From Armatimonadota bacterium (GTDB lineage Bacteria > Armatimonadota > SYMT01 > JACQGL01): a DNA stretch of 54,327 nucleotides. The notes beneath the pieces are model-generated. The model made no database searches. It saw only the letters and a list, made by a program, of their open reading frames with translations, and was not told the origin of the DNA. The DNA is taken from the NCBI GenBank assembly GCA_016199525.1, contig JACQGL010000067.1:1-54327 (forward strand), written 5' to 3'. Each line of letters begins with the position of its first letter. Position 1 is the stretch's first letter. Positions 47,834 to 54,327 of this stretch are shown here, one piece after another. The translations under genes and the position numbers were made by a program.

Positions 47834-48622
47834 CTACAGCTTCGTCCGCCCAGCGGCCTGTCCCGCAGTTGAAGGGCGAGGGGCAGGCCGGGCAGGGCCC
47901 TCTTCCGGCAGGGGCATCTCCTCGATGGCGCCGATCAGGTCCGCCACCCGGGCCTGTGCCGAGGCCAGGTTCCCCACGCGCACTGCTTCAATCACCGGGT
48001 CCAGCGCACTCCGGCAACCGATATCCGCTGACCGTCCCCCCAGGGCATAGAAGAGGGGGCAGAACTGGCAGCGGTAGGCGGTGGGTGTGGGACGCTCCTG
48101 GAAGATCTCCTCGGCGCGCTCGCAGAGCGTGAACATCGAGGTGATCTGGCGGAGCACTTCCGCCGGTGGCCCCTCTTCGATCGCTTCCTGGATGGCGCAC
48201 CAGCGGGCCAACGTTTCCATCCGCGCCACCGCCCAGCTCTTCGGCGCGGACGGGGACGGTCTTCCGCACCGCAGCGCCGCGGCGGCGGCCTCCTCCGTGG
48301 GGAACACGGGAAGGATCTGGGTGAGGCCCACCACCTGCAGCAGACGCGCCGTTCGTTCGGTTCCCGCTACCACAACCAGGCGGCGCCCATCCTGCCGCAA
48401 TCGCTTGAAGGTATGGAGAATGGTCAGAATCCCCTCCATATCCAGAAAGCAGCAACCGGAGAGGTTCAGGGTGAGCGCGGGATGGCCGAGTATCACCAGG
48501 AGGTTCAGCTCCCGCCGCAGGGCTTCGGATGAGGCCACGCTCAGCTCGCCTGCACAGCGCAGAATCGGGCCAAACTCGCCAGGCAAGCGCACTAGGCGCA
48601 GCGCCCGTGGAGAACTGGCCAT
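47834..48622 (-). CDS. STAS (anti-sigma antagonist-like) domain fused to a Cys-rich C-terminal domain
   Basis: GELSV, LNLSGCCFLDMEG, RLLQVVGL. C-terminal C...CQFCP...C. Confidence 0.8.
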   Translation of the reverse strand: MASSPRALRLVRLPGEFGPILRCAGELSVASSEALRRELNLLVILGHPALTLNLSGCCFLDMEGILTILHTFKRLRQDGRRLVVVAGTERTARLLQVVGLTQILPVFPTEEAAAAALRCGRPSPSAPKSWAVARMETLARWCAIQEAIEEGPPAEVLRQITSMFTLCERAEEIFQERPTPTAYRCQFCPLFYALGGRSADIGCRSALDPVIEAVRVGNLASAQARVADLIGAIEEMPLPEEGPARPAPRPSTAGQAAGRTKL

Positions 48623-48721
48623 CTTCCCTCTTCCTTCTTTGCCACGGTGGAGCCGGTGGGGCGTCCGCCCGTAGAAAGGATTCGCTCTGGCGCCGCGCCG
48701 TGCCTCCCTGCGGGGAGAGGT

Positions 48722-49474
48722 TTATGCAACCATCACCTGGCAGCGCAGCCGGTCGAGCGCGCGCCGCTCCAGGCGGGAAACGTGCATCTGCGATACGCCC
48801 AGCCGCCGTGCTGCCTCCCTCTGGGTCAGGTTCCTGTAATAGCGCAGCTCAATGATCTCCTTGAGCGGTGGATCCAGCTCATTCACCGCCTGGCTCCAGG
48901 CAACTTGGGCCTCTATCTGCGCCAGCCCCGGGTCTTCCACCCCCAGGCACTCCTCGAGCACGACTGGCTGGTCGCGTTCCAGCGATTCCATTAGCCCGTC
49001 CAGCGAGTAGGGATGGCAGGCTTCCTCAATGGCGAGGGCTTCCGTTACCTGATCCGGCTCCACGCTGAGGGCGCTGGCCAGCTCAGGGATGGCGGGCGTG
49101 CGCCGAATGCGGACGGTCAGTTCGCGGTCCTTGGCGACCACCGCGGCGTGCAGGTCGAGCAACGAGCGGGGGGGACGCACTGGACGGGAGTGGTCGCGCA
49201 GGTAGCGCTTCAGCTCGCCTAAAATGGTGGGCACGGCGAAGGAGGAGAAACGATTGCCCAGAGCGGGATTGAAATGATCCACCGCCTTCACGAGGCCGAG
49301 CAGAGCCACCTGTTCCAGGTCCTCGTCGCCACGGCGACGGATGCGCCTGAGGACCGAATAGGCCAGTGGGCGGTACTGCTCAATGAGCCGCTCGCGTAGA
49401 CGGCGGGTCGGATGGGAGGCGTAAGCCGACCAGAGGTGATCGGCGGTCTCCGCGCTCGCTTGCTGGGTTACCAT
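48722..49474 (-). CDS. SigB/SigF/SigG-family sigma factor
   Basis: EDLEQVALLGLVKAVDHF, FSSFAVPTILGELKRYLRD, LTQREAARRLGVSQMHVSRL. ATG 49474 follows GAGGT. Confidence 0.93.
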   Translation of the reverse strand: MVTQQASAETADHLWSAYASHPTRRLRERLIEQYRPLAYSVLRRIRRRGDEDLEQVALLGLVKAVDHFNPALGNRFSSFAVPTILGELKRYLRDHSRPVRPPRSLLDLHAAVVAKDRELTVRIRRTPAIPELASALSVEPDQVTEALAIEEACHPYSLDGLMESLERDQPVVLEECLGVEDPGLAQIEAQVAWSQAVNELDPPLKEIIELRYYRNLTQREAARRLGVSQMHVSRLERRALDRLRCQVMVA

Positions 49475-49489
49475 TGCCCACCTCGCAAT

Positions 49490-49592
49490 AAAAAAAGCCC
49501 TACTCCCGAAGATCCGGTGCAGAGCACCAGCGTCCACGAGAGAGGGCATGCCTGGCCCTCGGAGACCGCACGGTCAGGGTCACGGCCTCCGA
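49490..49592 (-). promoter_or_regulatory. Attenuator-like leader: twin hairpins plus an intrinsic terminator upstream of the SigB-like gene
   Basis: Loops CCTGACC (49578-49572) and CAGGCAT (49554-49548). Hairpin 2 overlaps the stem GCCCT...AGGGC, which is followed by T7. Confidence 0.6.
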
Positions 49593-49630
49593 TTGTCAAC
49601 AATGAAGACGCATCAGCGTCGCGTTCTGTC

Positions 49631-50227
49631 TCACCGATTTGCAACAGAAAAAGAGGAGAGCGTCCGCCGGAGGCGACTGAGGCCGCGCTCGATTTGAGTG
49701 GCGACGGTACTGCGTGGGCGTCCGAGGCGACGGCCGACCTCGTCCTGCGGTATCCCCTCGAGCAGGTGGAGCTGGATCGGCTCCCGGTAGAGGGCGGGCA
49801 GGCGGGCCAGGGCACGGCCCAAATCCGCCCGCAGCAGGGCCAGGTCATACGGGTCGCTGACCTCCCGTGCGCCGACGATTTGTGCCTCGGGCGCGGGCAG
49901 GGCATCCAGCGACAATCCCGAACGCTTGCGGGACCGCAGGGCATCCAGGGCGGCGTGATGCACCAGGCGTCGCGCCCAGAGGGGAAACGCGCGCGGACGG
50001 CGCAGCTGGGGAAGGCGCTCCAGTACCCGCAGCTGAGCCAGCTGGGCAACGTCCTCGGCGTCCTCCGGCCCCAGGTGGTAGGTCCCGCGCGCCAGGTCTA
50101 TTGCCAGCTCGCGGACCGCCTCCAGCAGGGGGCGCCAGGCGATGGGATCCCCGCTGGCGCAGCCGGTTACCAGCCGCTCCAGGTCCTCTCCGAGCTGGCT
50201 CCGCAGTCGTTCCGTCCTTCCGACCAT
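49631..50227 (-). CDS. ECF sigma-70 family sigma factor
   Basis: DAEDVAQ, LRRPRAFPLW, LPALYREPI, EVGRRLGRPRSTV. ATG 50227 follows GGGAG. Confidence 0.9.
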   Translation of the reverse strand: MVGRTERLRSQLGEDLERLVTGCASGDPIAWRPLLEAVRELAIDLARGTYHLGPEDAEDVAQLAQLRVLERLPQLRRPRAFPLWARRLVHHAALDALRSRKRSGLSLDALPAPEAQIVGAREVSDPYDLALLRADLGRALARLPALYREPIQLHLLEGIPQDEVGRRLGRPRSTVATQIERGLSRLRRTLSSFSVANR

Positions 50228-50239
50228 CTTTTTTCTCCC

Positions 50240-50336
50240 AACCAACAAACACGCCCGGGCTGGATCCCAAAGGCGGTTAGGATCCGTGCCCGGGCGATCA
50301 TGGCCCGGCCCCCGGCGGCGACGACCGTGGTCGCCG
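50240..50336 (-). promoter_or_regulatory. Attenuator-like leader: twin hairpins plus a terminator-like stem upstream of the ECF gene
   Basis: CGGCGAC-CACGGTC-GTCGCCG, a 7-nt linker, then CCGGGC-CATGATC-GCCCGG overlapping GCCCGGGC...GCCCGGGC-GTGTTTGTT. Confidence 0.55.
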
Positions 50337-50422
50337 ATGAGGCTCACATCTTCAGTTGTGCCCGCGCTGTACCGTTAGGCTTTCGCAACCCCGACCGTTG
50401 TCGGGACGGAACACCGGTGCGA

Positions 50423-51004
50423 CTATCCCAGCAGTTCGGCAGCGACCAGCACCTGCTCTGCCGTCTGCTTCAGGGTCTGGCGCCGATCCCGGCTAAGCTT
50501 CTGCAGCCGCCGGTACGCTTCATCCTCGGCTAGTTTGTAGTGGCGCATGAGGACTCCCTTGGCACGCTCTACCACTTTACGCGTCTCCAGGGCTTCTTTC
50601 AGGTCGGACACCTCATTGCGCAGTTCCCGCAGCTCGGCGAAGCGGTTTAATGCTACGGCGAGGGCAGGTTCGATCTGCTCCTCGCTGACCGGTTTGACGA
50701 GATAACCTGAGGCGCCCGCGTGCAGGGCGGCATCCACCAGTTCTCGCTCGCTATAGGCAGTAATCATCACGATGGCGGTGGGCTGCGTTTGCATGATCTG
50801 CTCGGTGGCCGCGATGCCGTCCAGCTTCGGCATTCGGATGTCCATCAGGATGGCATCCGGTTGCAGTCGTACGGCGGCGGCGACTGCTTCCTCTCCATCC
50901 CTGGCCTCGCCCACCACCTCGTAACCCAGATTGGCCAGGCTAGTCCGCAGCCGTAGCGTCGTCAGGCCTTCGTCTTCGCAGATCACTACTCTTGCGCGCG
51001 CCAT
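50423..51004 (-). CDS. ANTAR-domain response regulator (PdtaR/EutV-like)
   Basis: REC domain (CEDE, MDIRMP, YLVKP) plus ANTAR (RKVVERAKGVLM...AYRRLQKLS). Confidence 0.95.
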   Translation of the reverse strand: MARARVVICEDEGLTTLRLRTSLANLGYEVVGEARDGEEAVAAAVRLQPDAILMDIRMPKLDGIAATEQIMQTQPTAIVMITAYSERELVDAALHAGASGYLVKPVSEEQIEPALAVALNRFAELRELRNEVSDLKEALETRKVVERAKGVLMRHYKLAEDEAYRRLQKLSRDRRQTLKQTAEQVLVAAELLG

Positions 51005-51013
51005 GTATTCTCT

Positions 51014-53986
51014 CTACCAGGGAAACCAAATCTGCGCCACCAGACCGGGGCCACCCCCCAAGGTTAGCTTACCATTCAGATCCCGCTCGGCCAGGGTCTG
51101 CACCACGATCAGACCCACATTGGCGTGGGTGTGCAGATCAAAGTCGGGCAGCAGCCCAGGGCCGTCATCCTGGACACGCAGGAGCAGGCCATCGTCCGTC
51201 TGTTCGAGGCGCACCTGGAGCCGCCCGCCCTGGCGTCCGGCGAAGGCGTGCTTGGCGGCGTTACTTACCAGCTCGTTCACGATTAACGCCAGCGCGGTGG
51301 CTTTCTTGGAGGAAAGCGGGACGGAGGGAACCTGAACGTTCAGCGCCACGGTTGCGGGAGAGAGGCCACTGCTACGCAACACCATCGGCACCAGGCGTTC
51401 CACCACGGCGCGCGCGTCTACCACGCGGACGTCCTCTTCCTGGGACAGGAGATCGTGGACCAGGGCGATGGCCTGGATACGTTCCATGCTCTCCCGCAGG
51501 GCGTCGCTGGCGGAAGCACCACTCTTGGAGGAGAGTTCCAGGTAGAGCAGATCGGAAATGGCCTGGAGGTTATTCTTGATCCGGTGGTGCGCCTCCCGCA
51601 CCGATAGTTTCAACTGCTCGCTCTTTTCCCTTTCGCTGGCCAGGAGATGAGCGCGTTCTTCCTCCGCCCGTTTACGTTCGGTGATGTCGGTGGAGATCCC
51701 GCAGACCGCGTAAGGCACGCCGGTGGAATCGTAAAGCGGGAACTTGATCGAGATATAGGTGTGGATTCCATCCTGGTGCGGGGCAGCTTCCTCTATCTCC
51801 AGGGGCGCTCCGGCTTCGAGCACGTTCTGATCGTTGGCGCGAAATGCGTCAGCCATTTCCTTGGGGAAGAGATCGTAGTCGGTCTGGCCGGCGACCTGCT
51901 CCCTGGAGGTATTGAACACGGTTTCAAACCAGCGATTGATGAATATGTATCTACCCTGGGTGTCCTTCAGGTAGATGACCGCAGTGGAGTTATCCAGAAT
52001 GGCCTGCAGCCGCTTCTCACTCTCCCGTAATGCCTCTCCTGCTCGCTTCCGCTCCATGAATTGGCCGATCTGGGAGCCAATATCAGCCATCATTCGCAGG
52101 AGGTTGTCATCGGGCTGGCGGGTGCCGCGGCTGAAGAACACCATAATGCCGGTAACTTTACCACCGCTCTGGATGGGGAAGGCGAAGGCGCCGTGCAGTC
52201 CCTCTCTGGATGCGGTATCAGAACGGAGAAAATCTCCTTCGGTGGCAACGTCGATAATCCATTCGGGCTGGCCAGTGGCCCAGACGCGACCTGGCAGGCC
52301 GACTCCCGACGGGAAGGTAATCTCGCGACTGATCGCCTCGAGCTCCCTGACTTGGAGCGAGGACGCGTGCCAGGTTGCCTCCCAGCGTAATCGGTTGGCG
52401 AGCGGATCCCCTCGCCAAAGCTCGCCTACCTCCCATCCTGTACCTTCACAGAGGGCTTGCAGGAGCCGGGGGATGGCGTCGCCGATGGTGGCCGCCTCGG
52501 CCAGGATGCGAGACACGGCGAACTGTGTGGTCTGACGCTCCTCGGCTCGCTTACGCTCGGTAATGTCGCGGACGACACTGATGACCACGGCGCCGTTCTC
52601 GGTGGACGTGGGGCTCAGGCTGATCTCCACGGGAAACTCGCTGCCATCCTTGCGCCTGGCAAGGAGATCGAGACCAACTCCCATCGGCCGGGTGCGAGGA
52701 TGGGAGTGATAGTGGGCGCGGTGCGTAATGTGCACCTTCCGGTACCGCTCGGGCATCAGCGTCTCAATCGATTGGCCCAGCAATTCTTCCTGACGGTAGC
52801 CGAAGACCTTCTCCGCCTGCGTGTTGACGAGTAAGATGCGCCCATCACTGTTAAGAATCACGATCGCATCTGGTGCAGATTCGAGTAGGACACGAAATCT
52901 TGCCTGCGCGGCTTCGGCCTCGGCACGCGCCGCCTGCTCAGCGAGGAAGAGACGGGCATTGGCAATCCAGACGGAGGCCTGGTTGGCGAAGATCATCGCC
53001 AGCTCTATCTCATCCGGGGAAAGGCGAAGTGGCTGCTCGCAGCGATCTCCCAGCAGCAGGCCGATCACCTGGTCGTGCGCCACCAGCGGTACGGCGAGGG
53101 CAGCACACATCCGTGTCCGGTAGACAAAATCGGCAGGGAGGAGGCCTTCGGCGGCGGGATCCTCGCTTACTACGGGCTGTCGCCCTTGCAGCACAGAGGC
53201 TGCCAGCGGCAATGCCTCCAGGCAAGCCCGCAGCTGGCGGACCTCCTCTTCGCTGAAGCCGGAGCTGGCGGTCCCCACCAGTTCTCCCGATTCGGGCAGC
53301 CAGTAGACCACGAGGGTGCGCTCCAGGCGTACCAGCTGCGCCATCCGCTCGGTAGTCAACTGCAGCGCCCGATCCAGGTCCGGGGCCGGGCCCACGTCCT
53401 GGCTGCACTGGTGGAGGGCGGCCAGGTACTCGATTTTGCGCTGCGCCGCCGCGTAGAGCTCTGCGTTACCCAGCGCCATGCCCACCTGGTTTGCCAGCGC
53501 GGTGAGCAATTCCCGGTCGGCCGCTTCGAAGGGGCGGACGCGGGTATCCGCCATACTGAGACAGCCGAGCAGCATCACCTTGCACTGGAGCGGCACGGAG
53601 ACGAACGTGTGGTAGCCGTGCCGCACCCAGGGGGAATGGACGTAGGGGCTGCGCGCCAGGTCATCCACCACCAGCAGCTCGCGCCGCTGGGCCGCGAGTC
53701 CCCCCGGTGCATCGCCTACACGGATCTTACAACGGGTGGTTACTACCTCCTCCGGCAAACCCTGGTGGGCAGTGAGGACCAGCTCGCCAGTGAGCGGGTC
53801 GAGCAGGCGGATCACCCCGCTGGGGAAGTCGAACACCTCCAGGACCTTCTCCAACGCGTGGGGGAGCAGGACGTTCAGGTCCAGCGAGGCGTTGACGGCG
53901 TTGGAGATGGAATAGAGCGCTTCCAGGGATACGCGGGTGTGTGTGCCGGCATCCATCGAGGTAATCCTATCCACGATCCGGGCCAT
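51014..53986 (-). CDS. Cytoplasmic sensor histidine kinase GAF-GAF-PAS-GAF-PAS-HisKA_2-HATPase (PdtaS/EutW-like)
   Basis: EAHHRIKNNLQ, NELVSNAAKHA, VQDDGPGL; PAS motifs LESAPDAIV and LDNSTAVIY. Start is ATG 53986 or 53956. Confidence 0.92.
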   Translation of the reverse strand: MARIVDRITSMDAGTHTRVSLEALYSISNAVNASLDLNVLLPHALEKVLEVFDFPSGVIRLLDPLTGELVLTAHQGLPEEVVTTRCKIRVGDAPGGLAAQRRELLVVDDLARSPYVHSPWVRHGYHTFVSVPLQCKVMLLGCLSMADTRVRPFEAADRELLTALANQVGMALGNAELYAAAQRKIEYLAALHQCSQDVGPAPDLDRALQLTTERMAQLVRLERTLVVYWLPESGELVGTASSGFSEEEVRQLRACLEALPLAASVLQGRQPVVSEDPAAEGLLPADFVYRTRMCAALAVPLVAHDQVIGLLLGDRCEQPLRLSPDEIELAMIFANQASVWIANARLFLAEQAARAEAEAAQARFRVLLESAPDAIVILNSDGRILLVNTQAEKVFGYRQEELLGQSIETLMPERYRKVHITHRAHYHSHPRTRPMGVGLDLLARRKDGSEFPVEISLSPTSTENGAVVISVVRDITERKRAEERQTTQFAVSRILAEAATIGDAIPRLLQALCEGTGWEVGELWRGDPLANRLRWEATWHASSLQVRELEAISREITFPSGVGLPGRVWATGQPEWIIDVATEGDFLRSDTASREGLHGAFAFPIQSGGKVTGIMVFFSRGTRQPDDNLLRMMADIGSQIGQFMERKRAGEALRESEKRLQAILDNSTAVIYLKDTQGRYIFINRWFETVFNTSREQVAGQTDYDLFPKEMADAFRANDQNVLEAGAPLEIEEAAPHQDGIHTYISIKFPLYDSTGVPYAVCGISTDITERKRAEEERAHLLASEREKSEQLKLSVREAHHRIKNNLQAISDLLYLELSSKSGASASDALRESMERIQAIALVHDLLSQEEDVRVVDARAVVERLVPMVLRSSGLSPATVALNVQVPSVPLSSKKATALALIVNELVSNAAKHAFAGRQGGRLQVRLEQTDDGLLLRVQDDGPGLLPDFDLHTHANVGLIVVQTLAERDLNGKLTLGGGPGLVAQIWFPW

Positions 53987-54098
53987 TTGTAACGAAGAGC
54001 GCCGCCGACGGCCTATCCGTCGGTATCGGCGCTCCTGGCCTGCAAGCCCCCGGCAATCCTGGACGGCGAGCTGTGCGCTTGGGAATCTAACTACATTC

Positions 54099-54127
54099 CT
54101 TATAATCCGATTGCTGCCGCAAGTCAA
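54099..54127 (-). promoter_or_regulatory. Sigma70-type promoter for the kinase operon
   Basis: On the minus strand: TTGACT, 17-nt spacer, TATAAG. Confidence 0.6.
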
Positions 54128-54181
54128 CCGCTATTTTTGGGTGCGTTCGAGGTGAGTAGGTAAGGAATTCGTGCCCGAGGC

Positions 54182-54303
54182 GTAGCGCCCCGAACGCTTT
54201 CGGGGCATGCCCCCGCACGGAGGCCGCTGCGTGCAGGCCCCGAACGCCCCGAGCCTGACGGCCCGAGGGCAGGCTTTCGGGGCAGGCAGGATGCCTGCGC
54301 TAC
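54182..54303. repeat. REP-like element with nested palindromic insertions
   Basis: GTAGCGC...GCAGGCAGGATGCCTGCGCTAC framing CCCCGAACGCTTTCGGGG (54188-54205) and a second copy split by a 27-nt insert (54238-54282). Confidence 0.6.
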
Positions 54304-54327
54304 CCACTGAACCGGCCACAAGAAGGG

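Noticed and set aside
50355-50410. SigB-type promoter or a third ANTAR hairpin upstream of the ECF leader
   Set aside because: The GCCTAA/GGGCAC match is weak with a short spacer, and the CCCGAC-AACG-GTCGGG hairpin has a 4-nt loop that does not fit the pattern.
53987-54127. ORF-track TTG start of the kinase, and long N-terminal extensions on GH4, GH78, Gfo/Idh, SLT, gap, fbp and the sigma genes
   Set aside because: The TTG at 54127 coincides with a -35 box. The other extensions run through promoters, repeats or neighbouring genes, while downstream starts have an RBS or begin the domain.

Overview
GC-rich bacterial chromosome segment. The lineage is probably Armatimonadota-like, inferred from one lineage-typical C-terminal domain remnant and not proven. 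Most of the window is core or metabolic: purC, thrC, hom, gap, class V FBP aldolase/phosphatase, holA, MoxR-DUF58-transglutaminase, a NitT/TauT-type ABC transporter, GH4 and GH78 glycosidases, and tRNA-Ala(CGC). The first ~10 kb is an accessory zone with IS remnants, pseudogenes and TPR proteins. Three signals stand out. (1) A DCC-family thiol-disulfide oxidoreductase, only partly captured by the ORF track, has both CxxC cysteines encoded by TGA (UxxU) and a SECIS-like hairpin downstream, making it a candidate di-selenoprotein (37999-38361). (2) A two-gene islet at the tRNA-Ala 3' end pairs an N-terminal-Gly protein with a QatC/QueC-like enzyme fused to a PD-(D/E)xK nuclease domain, a candidate minimal anti-phage system; this copy carries an in-frame TGA at codon 25 (7486-10133). 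(3) A kinase / ANTAR regulator / ECF sigma / SigB-like sigma / atypical STAS cluster in which both sigma-gene leaders carry twin hairpins with 7-nt C-N-N-G loops overlapping terminator-like stems, a candidate non-canonical ANTAR antitermination cascade (47834-53986). All calls come from reading motifs by eye; no database searches were run.
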